A DNA stretch of 55,557 nt, counting the filler, from Sphacelaria rigidula (taxonomy: Eukaryota): NCBI GenBank assembly GCA_964200075.2. It is 5 parts of 5 records of this genome, joined end to end, with 100 filler letters (N's around TTAATTAATTAA, not from the genome) between each part and the next. Parts side by side here need not be neighbours in the genome. Positions count along the whole stretch, not along the records: positions 33,396 to 44,426 come from CAXNAA020005508.1; positions 44,527 to 55,557 come from CAXNAA020005509.1; 3 more parts are not named here. One strand, given 5' to 3'. The notes beneath the pieces were generated by a model. The model did not search any database. It was given only the letters and a program-made list of their open reading frames with translations, and was not told the DNA's origin. A program made the position numbers and the translations under genes. Below, in pieces: positions 37,419-49,638 of the stretch (its first letter is position 1; each line of letters begins with the position of its first letter).

Positions 37419-37605
37419 TGTGACGGTTCAAGAGACAACCTACTGGACTACTGACCAAGTCACGTCAGCGCTGACTTGGTCAGTAGTCTAGTAGGTTGTG
37501 TCTTAAACCGTCGCAAAAGTTAGTGGCTGGTTCGATTTCCGTCGGACGCACTTTCTTTGAAGAAAAAATGAGGAGAGAAAACCCCTGTAGTAAAAAATGG
37601 GCCCC
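37419..37605. mobile_element. Second, truncated copy of the TGT...ACA palindromic Pol III-box element
   Basis: TGTGACGGTTCAAGAGACAA start, palindrome 37422-37511, A box TAGTCTAGTAGG and B box GGTTCGATTTCC. Confidence 0.7.
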
Positions 37606-38286
37606 TGTAGTGCAAGTCTCTGATTTACACCGTCGAAAAGCGTGATAACTTGAATAGACAAAAAGTAGTTGATTGAGTTCGTTTGACGGGAGTTGACGCG
37701 ACGCGGCAGTACTAACCCAATCCTCGAGATCAAAATGCAAGGCGTGTGCGGGGGAGAGATGACTTGATCTCTTGACACCACAGACTCGTCTCGAGGAATG
37801 AGAGGGGTTCAAAATGCAAGAAAAACCCAATGCATTGGGAATCCAAACCAACATTATCTCCACCCCAATGGTTACACTCGGACCATTGCACCACCGGGGC
37901 GTAGCGAAACCCACGAAGAAGGCCACTGAAGCATCAACGGCGGTCGTGACTGGCAGCTACTTCATAAATCATGACGTTCCATGCTGGATGTCTCCGCGCG
38001 AGCAACCCATCGCGGCCGACGCAAAAGCACTTCCTGCTACTACTGTTGCAGTAATACATACAGACTCTAAAACTTGAAAATGACAAGGCAATTGCATTCC
38101 CTAACATCACGGGGCTTGTAGCTTGAGTACAGGATATAGACATCGGCACATTTTCGCACCGACATCCGAGTAGTAACCATTCCATATGAACCAGCAACGT
38201 ACGTCTCCAGACGACAAATAACGAACCTAGTTACAAGCAACAAAGGCACAAATATGATGAGAAAAAAACGAAAAATCACCGCACTC

Positions 38287-41200
38287 CTAGCCTTTGATCA
38301 CTGCTATCGGCCGTAGCTTTACAGCTCTTCGGGATATGTCGGCATCGTGGCAAGTATTAACCACCTCCGTCACATCCTTGTAGCTCTCGGGAGCCTCCTC
38401 CATGACGAGCTTAGGACTAGCTACTCGAATAGAAATGCCCTTCTTCTCTAATCCGTCCAACACCGTCTCGTAGCTCAGAGTCCGTCTTCGAGCACACAGA
38501 TGGGAACGTGCATACGGAGAATGGAATACGGGACAGGGTCGACGGGGGTGGGGGGGGGATCAAACCATCAATAACAACGTTTTTGTGAGATCGAGGACAG
38601 AGCGTTGATTGAAAGTGGGTTTGATCATTCTCTTCAACTTGACTAATTTCTCACTCTCTGTGTGCTTTTCTTTGCCTGTAACACTGGCGTGTGCTTGCAC
38701 CTACACATCCATATCCTACCCAGAGATATCGAGGGCTTCAGCGGCAAGAAACTGCAGAAAGCATACCGGGCCTCATGGAGGGGCATTTCGGAACTGAAAC
38801 TGTTCACTCCGTGATTGACCGCTCTTAACTCTCAATCCTCTCCTCTACTCTCAATCTCACGAAAACGCTGTCCAAAACATTATAAACATGTCAGGAGGAT
38901 CGTTGCCGTACGCCAGGCGTCAAATAATCTTGGATACGTGTTTGGGGGATGACTGAAAACAACGAACACATTTTTCTAGGGGGGGAGGGGGCGATACTTG
39001 CGCACAAAGGAGACTTGACGTACGCATGTGACATTCATGACGTACATGCAGACAAGAGGCGTCAGATTCGGTTGTCTCAAGAGCCACAGCTCGAAAACTC
39101 CAACAATCGGGAAAACAGGTGGATGCGCGGGTACTACGCACGCCACTCTGTTATTTTCCACCATATGTTATTTCAGCTTTACTGGCGTATTGTCCATAGA
39201 CCAGAACAAAAAACAATCGTGAACCTCCCTGTTTTCTGAGAAGAGTTGGGGGGGCAGAAGGGGCGGCTTCGCCAACCCCTTCCTAACAAGACTGTTTTGT
39301 ACCCTGGTTTGTTTCAGGTTCTCTTGAGCTTGTCGCAACTACTTGTTCAGCAAGGTTTTTCACGTTGGCGACATTACATGCAATAACACGTGTGATTTTG
39401 ACTCGGTCAGTATGCCGCCTCATCGCCGCTCTACGCAGATCTAAGTACACTGTCGTATTGTCTTGTCTCTTGTATTCCTTTCTTTACGTTTCATTCTTTT
39501 ACTTTTTATTTTCTTTCCTTCATGTTTCTCCTTTTTTTCTGATCACGAGCTGGAGTATTGCCATCAGCTACTTAATGCGAGATAATCATCTCGTTGTTTG
39601 TGTTTGTGTCTGTGTCTGTGTTCGTGTGTGTTTGATTATTGTCATTATTGCTGTTATGGCTGTTGTTGTTTGTTCTTGCTCTCGCTGTAGTTACTGCTGT
39701 TGTCGCTGCTTTCTTCCTTCTTTCCTTTCTGAGGCCATTGCCTCTGTATTTTTTTCTGTTTTTTTCCTTCTTTTTGCTCTTTCATTATTCTGTTTTTTTT
39801 TTTTTTTCTCCTGACCACGGGCTGGATTATTGCAATCAGCAAATGTGAGATAACCAACCAATCAATTGTATGTATGTATGTATGTATGTATGTATGTACC
39901 TATGTATGTATGTATGTACCTATGTATGAATGGATGTATGGATGTACCTATGGATGTATGGATGTACCTATGTATGTATGTACCCATGTATGTACCTATG
40001 TATGTATCTATGTATGTATGTACTTATGTACTTTCTCTGACACATAAGTTAGCTCGATTACGTTTACACGGGTCCTAAACCGTGTCCGATCTGATTTTCG
40101 ATGCTTTTATGGCATTCGTTGGCGTTTTTTTAGCCAAATACAACACTCTTTCTACAACGTGGGTGCTCGACTTGTGCAGTTTCGCGGTCGAGAAAAAGTA
40201 AGTCGGCCAAAAAACGGCAATTTTTCGCTCTTTTTCCCAGTAAGCATGGGGGATCCGGGAACACGAAAAATCGCGAAAAACCGTGAAAAAACCGTGAAAA
40301 TCGCAAAAGAACCATTGATTTTGGATATCTCCGTGACGTTAACCTACGCACGCCCCATCAAACATATTTTCAACATGTAATCGCTGGTAAAAACGTTCAA
40401 AATTGGTCAATATTGGGGTATACTTGGACCAAAAATGGGCCAAAATGGGCATATTTTGACGTCATTTTAGTATGGATAACTAACTTTTTATTTCATTTTT
40501 AGTTTTTTGCATCAGCTTCGTTGGCGCTTCATCTTTTCAACGAACCCAACCATAGGATGATCGGAAGAGTTTGAATGCGCAAACGATCGAAAGCCCATAA
40601 CCGACCCGACTTATGTGTCAGAGGAAGTATGTACGTATGTATGCATGTATGTACGTATGTATGTACACCGAAAACAAGCGATGCGAGTTCGGCCCCTTTG
40701 GTACTGTAGTGTACTGTAGTGTACTGCACCTCGATTCGTTTCTGCTTTTTGCACGACCAGCACCGTGGCATGTACTCCCAAATGTTTCAGCCATTCCCTT
40801 CTTGGTGCCCGTCAACACGTAGCTACAAGTGCCCATGGTGCCCCCCACGATGACGGGTTGCCCCGTAAACTGGTAGTCCACCGGAACGAGGGGGTGGTGG
40901 GGCGGAAAGGCGCGCGTTGCTCCCTTCCGATGCACAAGCAGGGTCTTTAGCTCACCATCCACCATGTGTTGCTCCACCTGAACAGAAGCGAGCAAGGGTA
41001 GCGAAAGACGCACACGGACGAATAGAAGAGAGGCAGACCAACAGAGATGGAGACGAGGGAGAAAGGAGGGAAGGAGCCAGAAACATAGACAGCCAGACAG
41101 ATAAATGAAGGGGGGAGAGGCACAGGGAGCGGTGGAATAGAGGCATAGGCAAGAGAGACAGCGAAGCCGCGAGGAAAAGAGCAAGGGAGGACGGAAGAGG

Positions 41201-43530
41201 GGGGATGCGAGGGAGAAATAGACAGCATTTATAGTCTTCACTGCTGCGCTGGTTCCGAGCACGACCCAGCACTCTTCTCCGCGAGATCGGACTACGAAGG
41301 TATCGCAAAGCGCCAACCGCTCATGACGTGAAAATGACATGCACACCGCTTCACCACGAGGTGGACTTGATCACTGACGTCACGCTTCGCCACTCCCCCT
41401 GCAAAACGGACATAAAAAAATTAAGATGCAGCTTCGAAACGAAAAAATGGAACGTTCCACGACGCCTACAGTAGCTACAGCAGCCAAACAGAAATTGGCC
41501 CCTTCCCCGCATTCGCGGAAACCTCATGAATATTAAAACATACGATGTAAAGCCGGTCGCCCCGGTGGCTCAGTTGGTAACCTCGAAACCTTTTGCCGGT
41601 TGGGTCGTAGGTTCAAATCTCGGAGTTATCTGGGATTCTTTCTCACACGATTCCCAACAGTGGAAGTGGTGATGGTTGGGTCGTGGGTTCAAATCTCGGA
41701 GCGATCTGAGTTTTTTTTCTCATACAATGCCCAGAGGTGGAGAGCGACGATGTCATGGGTACACAAAAGTCGACCTGATGTTGGACGAAGGAAAGGGACT
41801 GCTGAACTCCTCTCGCGATAAAAAATAAAGGCAAGCACTGCAGAAGGAAGGTGGAGGACTAAAACAAACGAAAAATAAAGAAAAAAGTACTGCGTTGGCC
41901 TTCCTCTTGTGTGACCTCGGCTGGTGCGCCCACATCTACCGAAAGGTATAGACCGGCGTCTACAATAGATGGGATGACAACACACACACAACACACACGC
42001 TCATCTCCTAAAGTTGAGATAATTGTATACCGCAATGCATAAACAAAATGCGGAGACGAGATCCATAAACAAGGCACACAGCGGCGCAGTGACCCATGGA
42101 CACGCACATAAAAATGAGCGAGGGCGTGGTTGTCCACGCTGAACGCAACCTTGCACAGAAAATAAGCGACGGGGCCCAAGTCGATGCACCAGATGACAGG
42201 GTAAGGCATCGCTAGTGAAGAGCTTTTCAACAACGAGATTGTCTCCGACGGCGAGACTGCTCGTACACGTCCCTGAAAACTCATGTGAATACATATTATA
42301 TTCGTTTATTATTATTTTCATTTGTCGCACTTCGAACCCCTCCCTTTCCTCGGGACGAGTCCGTGGTCTAACAGTCTCGAGGGATCAACCCATATCTCCC
42401 CGGTACACGCCTTGCATTTTGATCTCATGGATTGGGTCAGGACTCCCGCACCGCGGCTGGCGCAGTAATGTAGAACATCACGGGTGCGAACTCGCCAACT
42501 CGACACCAGGGATGAAGGACGGGGAAGGATGAGGGAGGATGGGGAAATGTCCTCTCTATCTATCCCACATACCACGTACCTTTGCGATATTGTGTGAAAC
42601 GTCGTATATGACGTGCATGTCCAATTCCCGCGCCGTTTTCCCGAACTGCTTGGCGAATGCCTGTCTCGTCAGGAACGTCATCGTCGATCGATTCACCCAC
42701 GCATAGTTCGCAGCGGCCGCCATTCCAGCCAGGTAGTCTTGTCCCTCCTGCAACATCGACACCAACATCAACATCAACATCAACATCAACATCAACATCA
42801 ATGTCAATGTCAGTGTCAACCATGGCAGCAGTAGCGGTGGCGGTCGCAACGACAACAACGACAACGACAGCAATGGATAATGACAACAAGGAGGAGTGAG
42901 TCGACGCGAATATCCAGCAAGCGAGACAACGAACATCACGTGCCCAAAGAACCGAAACACTTTTGCCTGCCCCCCACAAATAATTTTATAACGATTCAAG
43001 AACGTTTGTTTCTTAAAGGGTATGTACGCCTGCGCAGTCGAGTGGCTTGCATCACCCTGCCGGCATATAGTACTATGGCTGCACCAGTCACTTACACTCT
43101 CCTACTGTCACAAAGGCCTTTGAACACAAACTCTACAGTGGTCAACGTGTATCTTGTGCTAGCTGGTGTAAAATGTAAAAAGTGAACGGGCATCGCACCG
43201 TGCTGTTCCGAGAAAACACACGCGGCGCATGTTCGTCAACATGCGTGAAGATGCTTCGCCTTGACCGCCTGCTATCCCAACGACATCCCAACGATCGGGC
43301 AGCCCTTAAGGCCAACTCCAAAAATCGGACAAGATCGTTACCAATCATCACGCGCAAATAATCATAGCTCCTCTTGACCACCACACCTGGCTGTTGATTT
43401 TGGCACAAGCTAGCTGTCTGTCATTCGTTTGGATCTTATCTCGAGCCATGGCCGCTTCCATTTGCACGAGAGCGTCGGTCGCGACCTGATGCCCCAGTCC
43501 TCGGCTCCCGCTGTGAATCATAATGCAAAC
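38287..43530 (-). CDS. RTCB: tRNA-splicing ligase RtcB, 3' half (exons 43530-43387, 42747-42580, 40977-40730, 38485-38287)
   Basis: Spliced product [21 protein letters not shown]...[31 protein letters not shown]...[17 protein letters not shown]...[15 protein letters not shown]...[11 protein letters not shown]...TCHGAGR...[28 protein letters not shown]...LRPIAVIKG* closely follows the eukaryotic RtcB C-terminal half. All introns are GT-AG and phase-consistent. The 5' exons are not visible and presumably lie beyond the contig end at 44426. Confidence 0.96.
38573..38872. mobile_element. 300-bp MITE family copy inside the last RtcB intron
   Basis: AACAACGTTTTTGTGAGATCGAG ... CTCTACTCTCAATCTCACGAAAACGCTGT termini; homologous to 37129-37418. 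Confidence 0.75.
39867..40030. repeat. (TATG)n / TATGTACC compound microsatellite, resuming at 40628-40665
   Basis: Directly visible. Confidence 0.9.
40031..40627. mobile_element. 597-bp TA-flanked MITE inserted in the microsatellite
   Basis: TIR CTTTCTCTGACACATAAGT / ACTTATGTGTCAGAGGAAG; TA on both sides. Confidence 0.75.
41556..41990 (+). mobile_element. tRNA-derived SINE-like sequence in an RtcB intron
   Basis: A box TGGCTCAGTTGG and B box GGTTCAAATC (B-box segment duplicated at about 41686); no complete cloverleaf; downstream body repeated at 17025-17245. Confidence 0.55.
42326..42460 (+). repeat. Dispersed repeat family (also about 45243-45400 + and 37680-37815 -)
   Basis: GAACCCCTCCC...GAGTCCGTGGTCT...GGGATCAACCC...CATTTTGATCTC...GGATTGG is shared by three loci. 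Confidence 0.7.
42761..42820. repeat. (CAACAT)n hexanucleotide microsatellite at an RtcB 3' splice site
   Basis: Directly visible; reads (GATGTT)n on the coding strand just upstream of the CAG at 42750-42748. Confidence 0.9.
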
Positions 43531-44599
43531 CTGAGATAAGGGCATACGGCATACCCACAACCCGACACGAGGCCGCCAGCCGTTACACACACGAAAAGCC
43601 TTCTCTTGCACAGGCAGTTCTTGATGCTTTCTGCGTAAGTCGACGCTGATTTCAACATCGACAAGGGGGTGAGTGCTATCGGTCGTTGCTCTTCACGGTG
43701 ACCGCGCACAGATTAGTCGACTCGTGTACTCGATCTAAAGTCTCGACGATTTTAGCCCATGTCACGCAATTGATATACCGGAGGTGAACACACGGGAAAA
43801 ACACAGTGACGAGAGGAAACTCCGGAGGGGGGACACATGAAAAAGAGAGAGGACAGAGAAAATCCAATACACAAAACAAGAACATAGTGAAAGTGAAGTG
43901 AGAAATTAACTCAACACGAGAGGAGAGAAAAAAGTGCGTGCAACGACTAAACCAACTCAAACTTGCACCATTTTTCCATGAGCGGGATGGGTAAGCAGCG
44001 TAGTCGGCAAAGGGATCATGAGGGGAACAGCACCGTCACTGAAGTGAGTTACCTGCCCACACCGCCTATATTGCCTACACTGCCCACACTGCCCACACTG
44101 CATGCAGTGGCAACTTCCATGTGGCGACAAGCACGTCGACCAACACTCGTCCCACCCGCCAACCCCAACACTGATATAAAACCGCACTACATGTGTATCA
44201 GCATTTGTCTATACATATCAATCAGTGGTCTGATGCGTGTGTCACGCTCACGTTTTTCATGTTTCTCACATTGGCCTTTTCCCAAAAATATAGTGCTCGT
44301 GGTCACAAAGTCATTGCACAACAAGACAGCATATAATGGACAATATATATGTTTGTACAGTAGATCTATTTTGGGATTGGTCTCTGTCCTATGCGACAGT
44401 TTCGATTATCGGCTCACTCGCTGTTANNNNNNNNNNNNNNNNNNNNNNNNNNNNNNNNNNNNNNNNNNNNTTAATTAATTAANNNNNNNNNNNNNNNNNN
44501 NNNNNNNNNNNNNNNNNNNNNNNNNNCCCCCCCCCCCCCCCCCCCCCTCCCGCCCCCCCCCCCCCCCCCCGAATCGACCAAAACCGTTCACAGAGGCGA

Positions 44600-45200
44600 T
44601 GATCATAAGTGCCGTCAGAGCTGGTTTCGTGCTGCTCGACGCGACTCATTTGGGCGCTATTGCTGACTTTTGGCTGTTACACGTCTCTCATGCGGGCTGA
44701 ATTGCTGCAAACGAGCCCAATAGTGGGATCGCAGCCGGTTTGTCGGACGATCTCCGGTGCACTTTTTGTGGGGGAGCTATCTCGGCATGAGTCCGCGGTG
44801 AAAGCGAAAAGACTGCCCGGTATTTACTGCACAGATCGAGGATTTGTTTCCTGTTCCAGCAAAATGGCACAGCATGTACATGCCTTTTTGAACGCCTTCT
44901 CCGAATCTTGACGAGTGTCAGTGGTTTTTTGTAAGTTTTCGGCGACCGCACTGCTTGTGTTTTTCGCTTCCACTGTCCGGATCTCTGATGCATGTGTGAT
45001 GTATCTTGACAGAGTGTTACGATCTCCACGGACGTGCCCCCTAGATGGATTGGCTACCTGGATCATAGCTGTTTTATTCACCGCTGACCAAACACAGACT
45101 GTTCGAGGCACGATCAGTCGTTTGAAAGCCTGGGGTGTGTCTAACTTTTGAACGTCTTGTTCCGTGACTATACGCGGCTCAATTATTGTCGTGGTTGTCA
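44600..45200 (-). pseudogene. Ty3/gypsy-like pol fragment (protease-RT linker)
   Basis: TAMIQVANPS and QILDLCSKYRAVFSLS resemble the gypsy linker L-x-x-L-L-x-x-Y-x-x-V-F-S; frameshifted. Confidence 0.45.
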
Positions 45201-46178
45201 CTTCAGGGCGTACATTTGACTTAACTTTTCTCTTTTTTCCTCACACTTTGAACCCCTCCCCTTCCTTGGGATGAGTCCGTGGTCTCAAGGGATCAACCCN
45301 NNNNNNNNNACCCATCTCTCCCCCGGTACGTGCCTTTCATTTTGATCTCGCGGATTGGATCAGCACTCCCGCACCGCGTCAACTCACATCACACAAACGA
45401 AGTCGACTACTTTTGTTTACTCACGCTCTCATGCCTTCCACGGTGTATACCATACACTACGAGAAAAAACCCAATGCATCGAACCCCCGTTCTGTCCACG
45501 CTAATGGTGACAGTCGGACCATTACACCACCGGAGCGCGGCGGCAACTAGTTCAACATGAAGGGCCATCTCAGTTTGCAGACCACACATACCATTATTTA
45601 CCTCAAATGGTTTCCCAAGATATCCCTCCAAGAGCTCCACGACGTGGTGCGGATGACTCGCTAGTGTGCTGTAGCACCCTAAGAACACAAAATGTTCTTT
45701 GGTGTACTACTACCAGACAACACAGCAATCGGCCAAAAATGCAGGATCACCACTAACACCACCACACCCGAAAACTCCTCGAACGTGGATTTTGCCTCTG
45801 TCTTCGTGACATTGTTGAGCGAGGGGGGCTACCGTGATATCACTCTGGTGGCAGGAAAAAAGAGAACGCACCTACAGGAGAAAGCTCGGACACCTCTGAA
45901 CTGCCAATCAAACGTGAGGGCAAAAAATGCACCTGCAGGCCGAACAAAAAAACTGTTGATCAAGTGGTTGACTGGTCGTCGCGCGTCAACTATTGTTCTC
46001 TCATGACCCTCTCATGTAAATGTCGTGGACAAACATGGCGCGAGCGGAAAAGAAATCCCCAAGTGCATACTTTCTGCTTTTACAAACGTTAAAAAGCTTG
46101 AAACCCGGACTCCTACTGGTGAGACGCTTTCATCGAGAAAATTACACAAGGAGCGCGGATCAGATTGATCAGGTCCCA

Positions 46179-47929
46179 CTACCCTTGTTGTTTGAAGAAC
46201 ATGACCGGCGCCGGATCTTGAAGCCCGACGGCGTTGCTTCTACCATTTCGTGCCCCACCGTCTTGTCCGTTTCGTGAGCCGTCGTTACAGGGGCACATCG
46301 CAACTGGAATATGGAAACAGACAAGAATCCGGCATTCATAGGGAGGCGAGTTATAATAGGCACCGTTAAGTCAGCAGTGGTACTGGTTGTGGTTGGCACA
46401 AAGAAACATATGGCACATGCGCGGCTTGCACAGTAGAATCATCTCGTAAAATCCGGAAGACAAAGCTTGCAAGCCCCCTTGCAAGTATGTTATTGAAGCT
46501 TCACACGGCCGTTCTTGGGTATTCGTTCGTATTCTAGGGTACAATTTCCTGGCATGGGAGGGTACTTCGCGACACGGTTGTGAGCTCACCAGCAGAGAGT
46601 GACGCTCGAAGACGCCGTACCGCGGTCGACCCTTCTCACCGTACGAGCTAGCGTAAAGTGAGCCACGCGCGTCGTTAAAATACAAGTCGGCTGACGCAAC
46701 CGGCACACGCTTGGGTTCATGAAATTGCCACGTCGCTGCAGCGTTGATCGTGACACGCGATTTTGCCGGGGAATCTCGGCGTTTCTTTGTGATTGTGACA
46801 ACGCTCTTTCTTCTACGATAACGCTCCCGTCTGTACACACATCGCATTCCGACCATTCCACACACGTTAAAATCTGAGTCAAACTCCTCCAGTGTAGTAT
46901 ACAACAACGTAACCGACAACCGCAAGCGAATGGCGTGAAGCATCTCCTTTGCGATTCTCTTGTGCGTACTAGATTGAGAGGTATGGTATGTACTGCAGTA
47001 GCGCGCGTTACGTAAACGCCTCTTATGCGAGCAGCAAAAACAAGTGCCACGGAAATCACGCATAATTGACTTGCTTCATTCCAAACAAATACCCTTCTCA
47101 CCTCGGGGCGGCCCTCTTTCCGCTCCGGAGCAACGAGAGTTGCCCCCCGTGCTGCCGCTACCCTCTCGGCAATCCTCTTCGGCAACTCCGTCGTTCTTCC
47201 ACGCCTTGAGGGCATGAGTAATGCCGTACAGGAGCGGAAGCGCCCGGTCTCCGGCATCATCTCGTTGTTCTGTTAAGCCAAGCTATGGGTGGACAACGCG
47301 GCATAGTCACCAGATAGGTACAAGGGTAACGGTTTACACGACAGCACCACAGCCTGTACTCAACTCGTAGCCTTTTCAACCTTGAATGCTTTGAAACGAT
47401 GCTCAACCTCCTGGGTGATACAAGTTTACTTGTCCTGGTACTTTAAACCCCGAAAACTTTCCAACTCATCTTTGGAACGACCCACGGAAACGTATCTAAG
47501 ACAAATGTAGTACGACCTAATGCACCTAGCTAAAGTCGTAACGTAACGCGGTTATGGTACTACTAGAATCCACCATGACTTCCGTGCATGCAGTACTTTG
47601 TCGGCGCGTAAATGTGTCACTAGATCATGTGCATTTTTTTCATTATACACGTCACACCTCATCTCGTAGAAAGTCTCTATCCAAGGCGCGGTCGCTAGGC
47701 TGCCCGGATTCCGCCATGAAGACGCTGAGCGCATTGCCATAGCCGTTGTAGCTCAGATAGTCCCGTACGAGCTCGTTAATAAGAAGATTTTCGTTGGATA
47801 TCGGGGGGTTGAGAGCCCTGGTTTCCGGGGTCCCTTCTAGGGAGCGAAAAACCTCGGCTCGCACCTGCACACCCTCGGCACAGCCCAGATAAATAATGTC
47901 CAACCCCAGCAATCGTCGGAAGGGTGCAC

Positions 47930-47973
<44 letters not shown>

Positions 47974-49638
47974 ACGCTGTTATACTGTAACGCGTACCAG
48001 CATGTGAAAACAATCGATCATCGAAATTGAGGATGGAGCTTTTCATTGGGGCTGAGAACCCGGAGGATTAAAATCTTCGTATCCACACCGAATCTTCGAA
48101 ATATGATTCCATTCATTCACCTACTAGTATATATTGACAACTACCACACGCCATACGAATTTGGATTCCGGTAACCGACTATTGGGGCCCTAGGTGTAGA
48201 AAAAATAATTGGTTTTTCACCTAGGACTCCAGCATTTCGGATATCGAGATCCAAATTTTTATGACGTGTAGAAATTGTCAATAGCTACCAGTAGGTGAAT
48301 GAACCGAGCCATACTTCGAAGATTCGGTTTGGATACGAAGATTTTTATTCTACGGTTTCTCATTCTCAATGAAAAGCTCCATTCTCAATGTCGATGATCG
48401 GCTGTATAGGGGTGATCAGGTCACGAAGAAACCGTAGGCGCTGAGGGAGTGCAAATAAAAGTCTGAACGTTGAACGCCACGTTATGCTATGCGTTGTCAG
48501 ATCCCGAAGAGGCGTTGGCTCTTACCGGTGAATTAGAACACGTCGCAAGGCACACACACCATCGTAGAGTAGGCCACAGAGTCACGTAAGTGTAAAATGG
48601 CTCAAACAGGGTGAAACTCGGTGCTGTGTGTTGTGAATTGCCGCGAACACCGTCAGCTAGTGCTGAGTACGGTAGCCATGGAAGTACTGTATCAAGAAAG
48701 CATCCAAACAAGGAGGTGCACCACCGTTTGCAAACTTCTGCTCTTTCATGAATTGGCTGGAACGATGATATGGGCACTGCATATGCAGACAACAGGCAAC
48801 AGTTGATTTGGTCGTGACACAATTTTTCGTACCCTTGCACACGATGTACGGATTGCGGCATCGCCCGGCGAAACTGCCTGTATGGTGTAAGACCCAGTGA
48901 ATCACGCCTGCGGGCACCCGCGACATGATACTTTCTATATCCATGTTGTGGGGAACCAAGGAACTACACTCGTAGGGCATCCAGTTTTATTGGAAATTGA
49001 CGATGCGTAGATACAACGTAACGTTTTGGTGCCATGCCTGCCGTTGGCTCCGAAAATCAACAGCGGAGAGCAAAAGGATAAAGGATATCATCGCCGGAGA
49101 GCGGGGACGGGGAGGGAGGCGGGGACGATTGTACTCATGATCTTGCATGCTGTAGTCATAAGACCGTGTATCTCGCATCCCTACAAAGTCGACACCGCGG
49201 ATTTTTGCTGGACCAGGCTCGCGATCACCGAGCCTACAGCGCCGTGATGTGTGCGGCGAGTCGCAGGAAATCGGGCGAGCTGCATCCCCGGGGGGTGGTT
49301 GGTATACCCCGATGGCTAAGGTAGGCTGGCCTCTGGAACCCTATTCTCATCCCAGACCGCGTGAGGCACAACCAGATCTACATGATGAGCATCATTGATT
49401 TTCAACAAGTGATGCGCACGGTGCAACGTGAGGCAATCGAAAGAGCTGCGCTGTCCAAACCGGCATGTTCTGTACACGGCGGCAAAAACCGCGCCGTTTC
49501 GTTATTCAAACTGGGTCCAGAGCAGCTGTTGCTGCGCAATCACTAAAACAGTTTCGTGCTCATCACCTGAGCCTTGAGTTTGCCGAGTACACCACGATTC
49601 TCCAGGTTCTCTACAAGGGCTTGCTTGAGTTCGTCCAT
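46179..49638 (-). CDS. FOPNL: LisH-domain centriolar protein FOR20/FOPNL (CEP20) (exons 49638-49567, 47864-47658, 47282-47102, probable 46303-46179)
   Basis: Spliced product MDELKQALVENLENRGVLGKLKAQ|VRAEVFRSLE...ISNENLLINELVRDYLSYNGYGNALSVFMAESGQP...LDRDFLRDE|LGL...LPLLYGI matches the FOR20 TOF, LisH and PLL motifs; GT-AG introns in phase. Last exon less certain (alternative stop at 47078-47076). Confidence 0.9.
47933..47971. repeat. (GA)n microsatellite in FOPNL intron 1
   Basis: Directly visible. Confidence 0.95.
48011..48404. mobile_element. ~395-bp end-to-end foldback MITE in FOPNL intron 1
   Basis: Left and right halves are reverse complements along their whole length (CGATCATCGA.ATTGAG.ATGGAGCTTTTCATTG / CAATGAAAAGCTCCAT.CTCAAT.TCGATGATCG; AAAATCTTCGTATCCA / TGGATACGAAGATTTT; CCTAGGTG / CACCTAGG). 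Confidence 0.85.

Noticed and set aside
39365..40078. Hydrophobic or low-complexity ORFs (149 aa and others)
   Set aside because: They are translations of T-rich intron sequence and microsatellites.
41556..41630. tRNA gene
   Set aside because: A and B boxes are present but there is no acceptor or anticodon stem; the B-box segment is duplicated and followed by a dispersed repeat, so it is SINE-like. Similar heads lie on the minus strand at about 37820-37900 and 45470-45540.
42556..42999. Overlapping ORFs with poly-LM, poly-DV, poly-HQ and poly-TS tracts
   Set aside because: Products of the (CAACAT)n microsatellite; only 42747-42580 is coding (RtcB exon).
45600..45875. Two exon-like segments on the minus strand with plausible splice sites
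   Set aside because: Several frames are possible and no homology was recognised; RNA-seq would be needed.
38287..49638. RtcB-FOPNL gene cluster, or RtcB 5' exons in 44527-47000
   Set aside because: The genes are on different contigs separated by an artificial linker; no RtcB N-terminal motifs were found in that interval.
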